NCBI RefSeq assembly: GCF_004010195.1
Contig: NC_057719.1
Location: forward strand, 10,314,206-10,378,205
DNA length: 64,000 bases
Source of the DNA: Chiloscyllium plagiosum
Lineage: Eukaryota
Reading direction: 5' to 3'
A model generated the notes under the pieces. The model made no database searches. It had not been told where the DNA came from and was given only the letters and a program-made list of their open reading frames with translations. Positions 1-12,399 of this stretch are shown piece by piece. A program made the translations under genes and the position numbers. The stretch's first letter is position 1. Each line of letters starts with the position of its first letter.

Positions 1-87
1 AGGTCACTGGAGGCAATTTAGGATTATGTTCGGTATGGACTGGCTGGACTGAAGGGTCTGTTTCTGTACTGGATGACTCTATGACTC
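1..87 (+). mobile_element. CR1/HER1-type LINE 3' terminus
   Basis: ggactggctggactgaagggtctgtttctgtactg...atgactctatgact matches the 3' tail of the other CR1 copies here (e.g. 52810-52860, 55545-55595). Confidence 0.75.
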
Positions 88-390
88 AATAGTAGACCCA
101 GAGACAAGCAGAATAATATCCCAGCATGGATTCAATTCCCACACCACATTGTTGTGGGTCTGGAGTCACACCTAGACAGGACCAAACCAGGAAAGGAGGT
201 CAGATACCCTTGGCTAAACAATATTAGTTGTCATGGGCAGCATAACTGAGACATATCTTATACTCCAGATTTTTGTTTTGTGTGTTAATATAATAATTAT
301 TTTAAATGCCATGAGGTACAGTGGTGAGATTTGAAACTGTTTAACCACAGCGTTATTTCAGGCTTCTTGCTTACAAGCCCAGTGCACGAT
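88..390 (-). mobile_element. SacSINE1/DeuSINE-like SINE, degraded
   Basis: ccacattgttgtgggtctggagtcacac...ccagg is the reverse complement of the family core seen at 27360-27420 and 46975-47335. Confidence 0.55.
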
Positions 391-469
391 AGAAACAGCA
401 GCAGTCGACAGAGGATGCATTCAAATACTCGAAACCTACTTCTCATTACTCCAATGGATATGATTGTTG

Positions 470-789
470 ATAAGGCCAGTGTTAGTTGTTCTTGAAATGA
501 GTGTGTTGCTTCGCAATTTTTGAGGGCAATTAAGAATCAATCGTATTCCTATAAGCCTGGAGTCACATGCAAGCAAGTTTGGATAAAGGCTTCCTTTCCT
601 AATGGAACATTAGTGAACAGATCAGTTTTTAATGACAGAAAAATAATAATTCTGAGGCTTTATTATTGAAACAGGCTTTTAATTCCAGATTTACTTCATT
701 GATTTTAAACTGCACCACTTGTCGTTTGAACCAGTGTCCCAGAGCATAAGTCTAGGACCCAGGATTACTAGCCCAGTGATATTACCATT
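470..789 (-). mobile_element. SacSINE1/DeuSINE-like SINE
   Basis: gagggcaattaagaatcaa...ctggagtcacatg...cattagtgaac...aattccagattt...ggattactagcccagtgatattacca. Confidence 0.6.
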
Positions 790-790
790 A

Positions 791-1122
791 TCATAGAACC
801 CCTACAATGTGGAAACATGCCCTTTGGCCCAACAGGTCCACACTGACCCTCTGAAGAGTAATCTACCCAGCCCCATTATCTACATTTACCCCTGACTAAT
901 GCACCTAACCTACACATTACTAAACACAATGTGCAATTTAGTATGGCCAATTCACTGAACCTGCACATCTTTGAATTGTGGGAGGAAACCGGAGCACCCG
1001 GAGGAAACCACACAGTCACAGGGAGAATATGCAAACTTCACACAGACAGGCACCCAAGGCTGGAATCGAACCTGGATCCCTGGTGCTGTGAGGCAGCAGT
1101 GCTAACCACAGAGTCACTGTCC
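791..1122 (-). mobile_element. HE1-type V-SINE (tRNA-derived)
   Basis: Reverse complement has tRNA-like head (gtggttagcactgctgcctcacagcaccaggga...ggttcgattcc), V-domain (gtttcctccgggtgctccggtttcctcccaca) and LINE-like tail. Confidence 0.85.
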
Positions 1123-1167
1123 TGCAAATCTGGCACACCTAAGCCTAATACAATGCGCATGACAGAT

Positions 1168-1330
1168 GGAATTTCCTCCCTCAGGGCACTGTGGGTTAAC
1201 CTACAGGTGGACTACAGCAGTTCAAGAAGGCAGCTCACCACCACCTTCTCAATGGCATTTAGGGATGGGCAATAAAATGCTGGCCCAGCCAGTGATGCCC
1301 ACCTCCCACAAATGAATACATTTTTAAAAA
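1168..1330 (+). mobile_element. CR1/L2-group LINE 3' end sharing its tail with the SacSINE1-like SINE
   Basis: cagcagttcaagaaggcagctcaccaccaccttctc...agggatgggcaataaaatgctggcccagccagtgatgcccac. Confidence 0.65.
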
Positions 1331-2596
1331 TTCATATATGAACACTTAAGAGTAACCTAGCATTCTTCTTGACCTGGGGTTGTTGAAATGGTTGCCTACT
1401 CTATGTCACCATGAGGAATGCGGGACTGAAGATGTTATTTCTTTTTCAAAGTTACTAAATTTCTGGATAAATCTGCTGGCAGCTACACTGCAAGTGCTCC
1501 TGTGTTGAAAACAGGCTCTGTCATCTTTCTGCTGCAGGGATTATTGTGCATCTCTGTGAAGTTAGACCATTGCTCCTAACCTGAGACCAGATTTATCATC
1601 ATCTAAGCTCATTAGTACCATGCCACTTGGTACTAAGCTCAGCATCATTACTGATCTTCAGGAGATCAGGCCTGATATGAAGGTCTGCATTCTAGCCATC
1701 TGAAACCAGATGCTGATATGATCGAAATGGAAGAGACTGTTTCCTCTGAAATAGTAGCAGACAGCATGTACAGATATTGCTGTGGAGCTAACAGTAGCAC
1801 TGTGGTTCAAGCTTAATTCTGCCTTCTTGCAACATCCACACATGCAGATTCTCCTCAGACCCACAATACAGGAATAACAGCAAGAATATTTGCGCATTTC
1901 CTCTTCTTATCCAAGTCACCTATATCACCACTACAACACAGATCTGTTAACTCAACACTGATCACATACTGAACCACAAGACTTCATAGTTGTCACAGTG
2001 CCACACCATCTACTGACTATAGCATCCAAATAATTCTTCAGAGTCATTTTGTAGAACATTAGAATCTTAAATTTAAAGAATTTAAACCATCAATCACACA
2101 TATAATTATTCACTCCTCACAGGCTACAATTGGAATTGATTACCCATTGCTCATTAACCATAAAAAGGGCCTAACATTTTTCAGCTCTATTCTCATTGAT
2201 TTGTGATATACTAGACCCAAAACAATATACAGTGTTAAGACTGCTAAAAGACTACATTATGTACTGCTCAATGACAATCTGACATCACTCTCTACTGCAA
2301 TCTCTCACTTTATTGTATTGATACTGTGATTTTTTTTCCCAATTGTTTTCCAATTGTGCTGCTATGATTACTACTGTTCTGAGCTCATCTCAACTGTTCT
2401 GCTGGAGCTCAGCTCAATTTTTCTACATGTTGCTCTCTGGTCTTATCGTAAAAAATCTTAACCTAATTCCATCTTTCTCAGGACTGGAACTTAAGTCAAT
2501 CAGTTTTCTCTTCAGCCTCAATTTGCTCCACCATCTTTTCCACTCTGATAACATCTAATATTGTGAACCTGTATCATAAGGTCCTTTACCTTAAAC

Positions 2597-2809
2597 TAGG
2601 AGAAAATGAGGGCTCCTGACGCTGGAGATCAGAGTTGAAGAGTGTGGTGCTGGAAAAGCACAGCCAGTCAGGCAGCATCCAAGGAGTAGGAGAGTCAACA
2701 TTTTGAGCATATGCCCTTCATCAGGGATGAGGCGCATGCTCAAAACGTCGATTCTCCTGCTCGGATGCTGCCTGACCAGCTGTGCTTTTCCAGCACCACA
2801 CTCCTCGAC
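2597..2809. mobile_element. Short inverted Penelope-like element (pLTR-derived, family A)
   Basis: Arms gtggtgctggaaaagcacagc...ggcagcatcc / ggatgctgcc...gctgtgcttttccagcaccac; 15-bp direct repeat tcctttaccttaaac at 2582-2596 and 2810-2824. Confidence 0.8.
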
Positions 2810-2917
2810 TCCTTTACCTTAAACACCTGCATGCAGAGTGAGGAGCTGATGTGATGAACAAAGGGATGATCGGAGAATAAAGATAAAGTGACATTGTCCC
2901 ACCAGACCATAAGCCTG

Positions 2918-2937
2918 GTGTGTGTGAGTGTGTGTGA

Positions 2938-2994
<57 letters not shown>

Positions 2995-3002
2995 TGTGTG
3001 TG
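2918..3002. repeat. (TG)n/(AG)n compound microsatellite
   Basis: Directly visible. Confidence 0.95.
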
Positions 3003-3184
3003 TTGAGGATAAGAATGAAAGTCCTTATTGGTGACCCCAACTGGTGCAGGGATTGAATCTCACTCTGTATCACAAGCCAGCCATCAAGCTAACTAACCCC
3101 AGACTTGAGAAAATGTTAAGGAGAACAAGCAAGATTGATAGAGAATTATGAAGCATTATCTTGAAATTGGAGCGGGACCTTTTG

Positions 3185-3668
3185 AGTGGTTGTTACTAGT
3201 CTGTTAAACCAGAGAATCTGGTAATGGTCTGGGGACCATTACCAGATTCAAGTCCCAAAATGGCTGTCAGTAGAATAAAGAGAGTAACATTTGCCACAAT
3301 TCCATTGCCAATTATTGGCAAAAGCCAAACAAAAAACAGAAGCTACTGGAAAAGCTTATCTATTCTGAACAGAGGAAGGGTCACTGGACCCAAAATGATA
3401 ACTCTAGACCTACTGAGCTTTTCCAGTAACTTCTGCTTTTGTTTCTGATTTACAGCATCTGCAGTTCTTTCAGTTGGAAAAACCCAAAAGATTCACTAAT
3501 GTTCTCTAGGGAAGGAAACTGTCAACCTAAATGGTATGGCCGACGTGTGACGCCAAACCCACAACAATGCAGTTGACTCTCAGCTGCCCTCTGGGCAATT
3601 AGGGACTGGCAATAAATTGCTGGCTTAGCCAGAGACGCCCTCATCCTGCAAATGATTAAAAGAAAAAT
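3185..3668 (+). mobile_element. SacSINE1-like SINE interrupted by an older PLE-derived inverted fragment (~3320-3472)
   Basis: SINE head and core (ttcactaatgttctctagggaaggaaac...ctgccctctgggcaattagggactggcaataaattgctggc) split by gaagggtcactggacccaaaa...acctactgagcttttccag. Confidence 0.65.
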
Positions 3669-3868
3669 GATCGGGAATTTAATCCATTCTGTCTCCTCTG
3701 GGGCAAGTGCCAACTCAAAGGAAGTTTGATTGATGGAAGGGTGCAGGGTGATGAAACCCTGTCTTCCCTCTGATTCCAACATTGATATCAATTAAGGTCC
3801 ACTGCAGGTCCTCATCCCTCCACTACTGCTTTTCAAAGAACAGTAGGCAGGGAGCTCCACTTGTCAGG

Positions 3869-4215
3869 TTCAGTGGCTCAATGGTTAGCAGTACTGCCTC
3901 ACAGCACCAGGGACCAAGGTCTGATTCTAGTCTTGGGTGACTGTCTGTGTGGCAATTGCACGTTCTCCCTGTATCTGTGTGGGTTGCACCTGGGTGCTAT
4001 GGTTTCCTCCCACAATCCAAAGATGTGCAGGTTAGGTGAAATGGCCATGCTAAATTGTCCATTGTGTTCAGGGATGTATAGGTTAGGTGCATTATTCAGG
4101 GGGAAATGCAGAGTAATAGGGTAGGGGAATGATTTTGGGTGGGATACTCTTCAGAGGGGCGGTATGGACTTGTTGGGCCAAATGGCCTGTTTCCATACTG
4201 TAGGGATTCTATGAT
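3869..4215 (+). mobile_element. HE1-type V-SINE
   Basis: cagtggctcaatggttagcagtactgcctcacagcaccagggacc...ggcctgtttccatactgtagggattctatga. Confidence 0.85.
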
Positions 4216-4794
4216 ACATCTAGAGGTTCCTTGGTTCAAACACATTTGCTGTCTCATTGAGAGGCCCATGGAGACCCCACTCATAACCTCCTCCACTAAC
4301 ACCCAGGGATACTCACATCCAATGATTATGCTTATTTTAAAATTGTTTGTGATTTAACACTTAAGATAATTATTCAAAACCAATTAAACCAACAATAGAA
4401 CCATTTGTCATAATTGCAACTGTTCAAAAGAAAGAGACAGGTGAAAATGTTTAGAATTCCACGATTGAACTAAAATTACAATAGGTTTCATGTGACATGC
4501 ATTTCCGTGACACATGACATCAGTTAAAATGGCTTTCTGAAACACATCTGTCCCCAATGGATACTTGACCCTTCGAACGCTCCATGTGGAGAATCAAACA
4601 CAAGTACCTGCAGCAAATTGCAGACATAGCCAACACTGTACAGTGGGAAACTGATTACCCAGTATTACAGCAACATGCTTATAGTTTAACCCATGAATCA
4701 GGTGAGCACATTACACTATGGGCTTCCTGGCACCATCACAATGCACATGACTGAAATACGGTTGTCACCTCCACAACTAATAGAACTCATAATT

Positions 4795-5120
4795 AAATGG
4801 TCTAGTATTTAACTCAATGCTTCAACAGTAACTCACTAAGGCTCCTTTCACCTGCCTGGACAACCTAGAAGATCAAGGTGGCAGATACATGGGAATGCCA
4901 CAACCCCTCCTATCGACAACACCATCCTGAATTCCTACACTCCTGTCAGGTCAATATCCTTAAGCTCTCTTCATACTGACACTGCAGGTGGATTTACACC
5001 ACATGGACTGCAATGCTTCAAGAAGGCAGGTTACCATCAGCTTCTCAAGGGCAATTGGGCTGGACATGAATGCTGGCCTAGCCAGTGATGCCCCCAGCAC
5101 ACAAAGGAATGAGAAAAAAC
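4795..5120 (+). mobile_element. CR1/L2-group LINE 3' fragment (same family as 1168-1330 and 40225-40710)
   Basis: ttcaagaaggcaggttaccatcagcttctcaagggcaatt...atgctggcctagccagtgatgccc. Confidence 0.6.
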
Positions 5121-7638
5121 CTTTTCATTGCAATATGGAATTAAAGCAGCATTGTATTCATCTTATAGCAATCCACTCAACTCTGATTTGCATGCATCAA
5201 GTACGTGCGAGAGGGATCTATTCCTAGTAGCTCGTAGCTTTATTCAAGGTTATTTTCAATGAAGGTGATCCCATCATTCCAGTTGGTCTTTTCCGTCCAT
5301 AAAGTAAACTTGAGTTCCAGTAATTCCTCCACATAATGTATCCATAATATAACATGTGTACCATGATGCATGTGCAAACTTTACATCTGTACCCTACACA
5401 CATAAGCTGTGTAAAATGGTAAAATGTCACAAGAGACACAATTTCAAAGGGAAACTAAAAGCTGTTCAAAATGTCACATCATGGCAGAACAGTGTTTTCT
5501 TGCAGTACTGAAGGTAAGTTTCTGAACAGACCAGTGGGTATTTAAAATAATTATTTCAAATTATTCTTTATCGACTTGGAATCTTGCGCAGCACAAAAGC
5601 AAAGGGAAGTCCTCAAGACCAGTTCTGTTTTGTGCAAAAATTGACATGCAAACCAAACACCATTGTAATGTAATTATATCAGACCAACCTTTGAAAAGAG
5701 TAGTTCAAGCCACAGGCCAGTTTTAAAACATACAAGTGATTGCTAACGCCCCGGCAGTTAATCTTTCATTTGTTTCACTGTCATAAGCATTTGGATGCAT
5801 TCTGAAAAACGTTGGTCAGTCTCACTGGAGTCAGACTGGTCATGCCAGCTGGAGATATTCAGCAAATGCTAGCAGTACAAATCGCAAAGCAGTACAAAAT
5901 GCTTGCAACTGTAGGATTCATAATCATTAGTTTAAATACAACATGCATTATTCATAACTGACAAAATCCTGTGCTACTTCATATGGAAGTATTATGTTAA
6001 TAACATGGTTTATCCACTCATGGCTTCTTAAGAGCCGTGAGCATACATTTACCACCACACTGCCATTGCTAACTCACTAAAAATCAAATGGAGCAAATGC
6101 ATTTTAAGAAAACCCACTGCACATTTACTCTTCACCAAAGCGAAGATATCAATTCAACATTCTCTCGGCAAAGCTTTGCATTGTTCAGTGAACATACAGA
6201 TCTTAAAAACAAAACAGGAAAGTGGAAAATATAAAAGCGTCTCAATGAAGAAACAAAACACCATGAGACGGGGCTTTAAATTGATGCAATTTCTCTCCCA
6301 TTAAATCTGCAAGGTCAGGAACTCTGCAACTCTGTTCCAGTCTCGGAAGAAAACCCTCAAAGTTAAATTTAGATATCCTTTGAGTATTTGTTTAATAATT
6401 GTGTCATAAAAAAATCTGAACCATGCTTTTCATGGACGATCATAGAATAGGCTAGTCATTGAATAAATATCTTGTGTGACACACTCCATTTTTCCTACTT
6501 AATTACCAGGTACATTTTTGTATATATGTAGTCTGTGCTCAAGAGGCACGACAAATTTGCTGACACTGCAGCATTTTGCAAAGAAATTACACAATTAAAT
6601 TACATTTCAGGAAAAACACAATTCATTAAAATAAGCAATAGCTGATTCAGTTAAGCATCAAACTGTAGATCCTTTGGGAAAAGACTGTAACAACCTGTGT
6701 GATACAATGCAGTGCTTATTATAATTGGAGGAAATATTAATTAGTTGTTTTGTAATTACTGTTTATTTGCTACAATACAACACCTTGAACTAAGGTTCTT
6801 CATAAATTAGCAAGCTTAACATGTTTTCTGAAATTTCTCCCTCTGGTAATTGACTGAAGACTTTATGGGGTTGTACCTCCATTGATGTAAATGAAACCTC
6901 ACCATCAATAATTAATCCTGCCAAAGCTATTGAGTAGGCAAGGTCAAAAGTCCTTCTATTTGTTCATAATGCTCATGATGAAAGCAGGTTTGATACTTTG
7001 TTGTTGAAAACATCTTAAAGTTTTGGATTATTATACCTGCATTTCAGGAGATGGTTAGTTCTGTCTGCAAGATTGCTAGAGTGTTGTCCAGATTAATGTT
7101 CGCAAGGGTTAGACTCCCAACATTGACTTGGGACTTGACTCCTCCCTCAGCACTGGGAGTGGGAGTGGAAGGCAATGTCCAAAACTGCCACACAAACATC
7201 CCAGACTCTTGGACATTAGCAGACAATGAGCCTTCAGGAGAACACACATGCATGAAAGTAAAAATTTCTCTGCTTTGAGTTCTCCACCTGATAGCAGACC
7301 TGACCCACAGCATGGAAATCGCCAAGGAGACAGGTCCTGATCCCACCCCAGCTTTACTGGAGATCGAACTGGTGCTGTTGTCACCAATCTCATCCAGTCT
7401 CATCCAGTGGTCAACCAGCCAGCTCCCGCAAGAAATTCAACAGTGGGAACATACAATGTTATATGCATGTTGCAGCCTGAGACTATGCATAGTACTGGTA
7501 GAGGTACTTTCTTCACTTCACATGGTCCGTATTAGAGGGCTTGACAGGGGAATGTGAAAAGGTTGTTTTCCAATATGAGAGAGTATAGGACCAGAGGGCA
7601 TAATTTCAAATAAGGCTGTGCACATCTAAGACAGAGAT

Positions 7639-7955
7639 AGAACCCGACAGTGCAGATAGAGGCCAATCAGCCCATTGAGTTTCGTCCAACCCTCCATACA
7701 GCATCTCAACCTATCCCTGTAACCCTGCATATCCCATCACTAATCTGCCTAACCAGCACAACCTGAACACTATAGGCAATTTAGCATGGCCAATCCACCT
7801 AACCTATTCATCTTTGGACTGTGGGAGGAAACCAGAGCACCCGGAGGAAACCCGCACAGACATGGGGAGAATGTGCAAACTCCACACGGACACCCAAAGC
7901 TGGAATGGAACCCAGGTTTCTGGCATTGTGCTAACCACTGAATCACCATGCTGCC
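7639..7955 (-). mobile_element. HE1-type V-SINE
   Basis: ggcaatttagcatggccaatccacctaacct...tttggactgtgggaggaaaccagagcacccggaggaaacccgcacagac. Confidence 0.85.
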
Positions 7956-8081
7956 TGAAACCGGCCTATATTTTATGCAGGTTACAAAAAGATGCCAGAT
8001 TAGACACTGAATGAAATGCTTGTGTTTTGCGATAAACTCATGTTCAGTTGTATTGGTAAAATCGCATCTCAGTATGATACT

Positions 8082-8229
8082 ATGGGAGGAAACCAGAGTA
8101 CTGGGAGGGAACCAACACAGACACAGAGAGAATCTGCAAACTCCATACAAATTGTCAGCCAAGTCTGGAATCCAACAGGGTCTCTGGTGCTGTGAGGCAG
8201 CAGTACTCGCCACTGAGTCATCGTGCAAC
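8082..8229 (-). mobile_element. HE1-type V-SINE, 5' half only
   Basis: tatgggaggaaaccagagtac...ctggtgctgtgaggcagcagtactcgccactgagtcatcgtgc. Confidence 0.75.
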
Positions 8230-8383
8230 CCAGATGAGAAGGAATTTCTTCTCTCAGAAGGTTCTGTGAATCTGTGAATCTGCAGAATCCTTTACCATAG
8301 AGGGCTGTACAGGCTGGGCCATTAAGTATATTCAAAGCTGAGATAGACAGGATTTTAATCAGTAAGGGAATCAAGGTCAATGG

Positions 8384-9216
8384 TGTGACAAAGCTGCTCC
8401 TTTAACAAGGTGATGCAGTCCTTAGATTTTTTTCCTGAGAGGTAGTAAACAATACAGACTCTGGAAAGTCTGGAGATTGAAAGGTTTTAGGGTCAAGTTG
8501 ATAATACCTAACAGATACTGCATCAGGCAGAAGGCTTTCAAGTAAAGAAAAAACACTTGTACAATAAAAGGAGTTTGGCAAGTTCTCCCAGCTCGGCTTT
8601 TCTTTTTTTAGCAGAGTAATGGACTCAGATTCAGGTCCATGTTAGTACTCTCTCTCTGACTTCCATTCTGTAAGACCATGTGTTTGATTTTACCTTTTGT
8701 GCCAAGGGGTGTTTATGGGGATTGGTGCAAGTATTGGGAACAGCATCATTAAGTTGGGATATCTGTTAGGTTCTTGAAGAGGTTAGGTTATTCGGTATTC
8801 TGTTTTCTGTTGTTTGTGTTTCATTCAGTAATCTTGTAAATAAATTCTGCTTTGTTTGACCAGCTGATTCTTTTTTTTTAAATTTACTTACAGTGTGGAA
8901 ACAGGCCCTTCGGCCCAACAAGTCCACACCGACCCGCCGAAGCGCAACCAACCCAGACCCATTCCCCTACATTTCACCCACCGCTACGGGCAATTTAGCA
9001 TAGCCAATTCACCTAACCTGCACATCTTTGGACTGTGGGAGGAAACCGGAGCACCCAGAGGAAACCCACGCAGACACGGGGAGAATGTGCAAACTCCACA
9101 CAGTCACCTGAGGCGGGAATTGGACCTGGGTCTCTGGCGCTGTGAGGCAGCAGTGCTAACCAATATCCACTTGCCTTTCTGAAATATTTTGAGAGGGTCT
9201 GGCCTGAACTATAACA
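8384..9216 (+). mobile_element. Probable solo LTR containing a nested HE1 SINE
   Basis: Starts TGTGACA, ends TATAACA (TG..CA, imperfect terminal IR); flanks atgg/ctgg (3/4 TSD); AATAAA near 8839; interrupts a CR1 fragment. Confidence 0.6.
8884..9162 (-). mobile_element. HE1-type V-SINE, CpG-rich (young)
   Basis: tacagtgtggaaacaggcccttcggcccaacaagtccacaccgacccgccgaagcg...gaggcagcagtgctaacca. Confidence 0.9.
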
Positions 9217-10811
9217 CTGGAATTAAGGTAAGAAAGAGAAGCTGAGGACTTCCAGATCTCATTCAACACTAAAGCCATTGAGTCATAGAGTCACTGGGCC
9301 AAATGGCCTATTGCTCCTTCATCTTATGAGTTGTCTGGGAATCTCTGTTGGTCTTACTGCTTGTCCTAACCATAGGTTGGGAGCATTTACAGACTGATTC
9401 TCAACTGTCTGACCACTTGACAAACACACCTTTTCTGGCCACCAAATCCTGGAGTGGGGGTGAATGCAGAGATTCTCGCATAGAGATAGGGACCATCCCT
9501 TCAGCGTCAAAGGGCAATGGTTAGACTCCCTCTGTGGAGATGGTTGTGACCTGGTAGCTATGTGATGGAAAATCTACTTCCCCACCTTGTCCATCAACCT
9601 CAGAGGATATTGCTTGTCACACTGCCAGTAACAACAAAGTGGCAGGTTTGGACACCACTTAACCTGCCCATGACAAGACCAGTCTGTAGAATCCTGTTCC
9701 AATTATATTACCTTTCTCAATCTTTCACCTCAAATGATACGTCTGCTGGTATAACCAAGGTTATTCTCCAAGCTACAATGTCATTCAGTGTAGATCTATG
9801 TATCCCATTAATTTAACAGCTTACATTTCATACTTAGATTTTATTTCTCCAGATCCAGCATAATTTTAAAATTTAAGTCCCACTGAATATCTTTTGCTGC
9901 AGAGTTTTTCCCGATTGTTTGCCCTATTATTGGCCGTCCGACAATAAAGACACCAAAGGTACAATTACTGACTCCTGTCAAACTCCACTCTGCATCATCC
10001 TCAGCAATCTGTCATGAGCATTCTCCTTCAGATTTTTTGGATTCTGACCTTTTTCACAAAATCCCATCTTCTTTTCCCTCAATTCTCTCTTTGCCTTTGG
10101 GTCGCCCCATCTCTGGAACAGCCATGAACCAACTGAGATTCCTCCATTACTCCCATCCTGCGATTTTGTGCATGCCTGATTTTCATCAGTCCACCTTTGA
10201 CAATTGTATTTTCCGCCGCCTTTGGCTCTATAAATTCTGGAATTCCCTCTTTAATCTCTCCACCTCGCAAACTTGTTTTCCTTCCAGTCCGTCATTAAGA
10301 ACAATTTATTTGACCAGTTAAGCAATTTAGTCATCTGCTTTGGCTTTTTGAGCAACAATGCTCCTGCAAAAAATCTCGGGTATTGCATTCTATTACAGGC
10401 ACAATGCAAACACAAGTTGTTGCCGTTGTCTTATATCTAACTTACTGTAAAATTCTGAACACTTTAATCTGTGATTTCACAGACATTGCCATGATACCCA
10501 TTAACAGCTTCACAAGGAAATCAAGGAGACTGCTTTCCTTCCAAATTCAAAGTTTCACGATTCTCAAGAATGACAATCATTAAGACAATCTTTACTACAA
10601 ACAATTCTCAAACTTAAATGTCCTGCAATTGTTTGCTTTCCATTCAACCCAATGTTCATTTTTCAAGGCTTTGGTGCAACCTTCTCATCCTCATTGAGAA
10701 GAGAAAACAAATTCTCTGATCGACTCCAACAAAGGCGGTTTGCCACCAGGGCAATTTTAATCTGGGATGCTCTGAACTGTGGGAAGGCAAAGGGAGATGT
10801 GGGGGCAAAGC

Positions 10812-11481
10812 CATTGAGTCATACAGCACGGAAACGGACCCTTTGGTCCAACCAGTCCATGCCAACCATAACCGTAAACTAAACACGTCCCACCAGCCTG
10901 CACTTGGCCCATATCCCTCCAAACACTTCTTATTCATGAACTTATCTAAATGTCTTTTAACCATTGCAGCTGTACCTTCTTCCACCACTTCCTCTGGAAG
11001 TTCTTTCCACACATGAACCACTCTCTGTGTAAAAAAAAAATGCCCCTCATGTCTTTTTAAAACCTTTCTCCTCTCACCTTAAAAATATGCCTCCCAGTTT
11101 TAAAATCCCACCCCCTAGGGAAAAGGCATCTGCCCTTCACCTTATCTATACCCCTCATGATGCTATAGACCTCTACAGGTCATTTCAATCTATAAAGCTC
11201 AACCTCCTAAGCTCCAGTGAAAAAAGTCCCAGCCTATCCAGCCTCTCCTTATAACTCAAACCCTTCATTCCCAGCAACCTCCTGGTAAGTCTTTTTCAAA
11301 CCCCATCCAGTTTAATAATATCCTTCCTATAACAGGTGACTAGAACTGGACACAGTATTCCAGAAGACGCCTCACTAACATCCTGAATAACCTCAGCATG
11401 ATGCCCCCACTCCAATACTCAAACAAAGGTTTGAGCAATGTGGGCAAGCATGGTAAACACCTTCTTAACCACTCTGTCTAC
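10812..11481 (-). mobile_element. CR1/HER1-type LINE 3' fragment
   Basis: ORF-track peptide VHVWKELPEEVVEEGTAAMVKRHLDKFMNKKCLEGYG is the CR1 ORF2 C-terminus; 3' tail near 10815. Confidence 0.9.
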
Positions 11482-11484
11482 CTT

Positions 11485-11800
11485 CAAAGAATTTGAAGAA
11501 TCGTTTCCGCATGGCAGATGTGACAAAGACCACAGGACACAAGTGTAAGGTGAGAAGCAAGTGGTTTAGAGGAAACCTGAGAAACAGAATCTTCACCCAG
11601 AGGTGACAGAAATATGGAACATATTGCTGAGAGGGTGGTACAGGCAGATAGTTTTCCAACATTTAAGAAGCATCTGATGAGCACTAAAAATGCTAGGGCA
11701 TAGTAAGGAGCAATGCAGATAAATGGAATTAATGCAGTTTTGGTTAGCATAGACATGGTGGGCTGAAGGGGCTGTTTCTTTACCAAATGACTCTATGACT
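11485..11800 (+). mobile_element. CR1 LINE 3' fragment
   Basis: agaccacaggacacaagtgtaaggtgag...ttcacccagagg...ttaagaagcatctgatgagcac...atgactctatgact. Confidence 0.75.
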
Positions 11801-12399
11801 TGAGTAAAAGTTAAAGCAAATGTGTCTGTGGTGCATTATTGAAGGGGCAAAGAAAAGTGCCCCTATGTTTGACATGAAGCCTTAGGGATATAAAACTTCC
11901 TGTGATTCATAATTTCCTCCAGTAGTCCACAGGTAAACTGTGACGTTCCTTCATGCAGAAGTTTAACTGACAAATTTCCTCCTGCACTATTTCATCACTG
12001 ACACCCCAGGCTGGAAACTAGCCTGTACCCCCCCCCCCCCCCCACCACCACCATCAGATGCGTTAAAACTTCGAAGAATGACTCCTGGAATTTGATGGAA
12101 CTGAATTAATCAATGTTGTTTAAGAGGAGAAAATAAGGCCCTTTTATTTGTTGCAAGAAGCAGACAATTAGAGGTGTTGTGTATAAATGGGACATGATTC
12201 TCCAAATGACGGGGCTGAACAGAAATGTATGATTCTCTGTCTTACCTACACCTTCTGGGCCTTTCAGAATAAATTTTCCAATCTAGTGTCAAGTAAAACT
12301 GAATCACTGATCTTTGGCTCTATTTTTATTCACAATGTTGGGAGGCAATCCATTAGAATTGGATGTCAATACTGACAATCCTGCTTCAGCTGCTACATG

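Larger units (their letters stand above)
7505..9328 (+). mobile_element. CR1 LINE 3' fragment split into 7505-7637, 8231-8383 and 9217-9328 by later insertions
   Basis: ggaccagagggcataatttcaaataagg...aagacagagat resumes as agatgagaaggaatttcttctctcag...gctgagatagacaggattttaatcagtaagggaatcaagg and ends ggccaaatggcctattgctcc. Confidence 0.65.

Noticed and set aside
931..1275. Recurrent ORFs such as ANSLNLHIFELWEETGAPGGN (also 8895, 45474, 63376)
   Set aside because: Chance translations of non-coding HE1 SINE copies, not a gene family
1612..1636. 9-bp hairpin ttagtacca/tggtactaa
   Set aside because: Short isolated stem expected by chance in 64 kb
5506..5513. Possible plus-strand microexon ttttcttgcag|TACTGAAG|gtaagt
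   Set aside because: 8 nt is not frame-preserving and lies on the opposite strand to the better exon candidates; unsupported without RNA-seq
7037..7403. Minus-strand 119-aa ORF with nearby splice-like signals
   Set aside because: All three frames hit a stop between the putative acceptor (~7231) and donor (~7037); the upstream part overlaps a SINE remnant
10812..11800. Adjacent opposite-strand CR1 fragments as one twin-primed inversion
   Set aside because: Each has its own 3' tail and they differ in sequence, so they are two independent insertions
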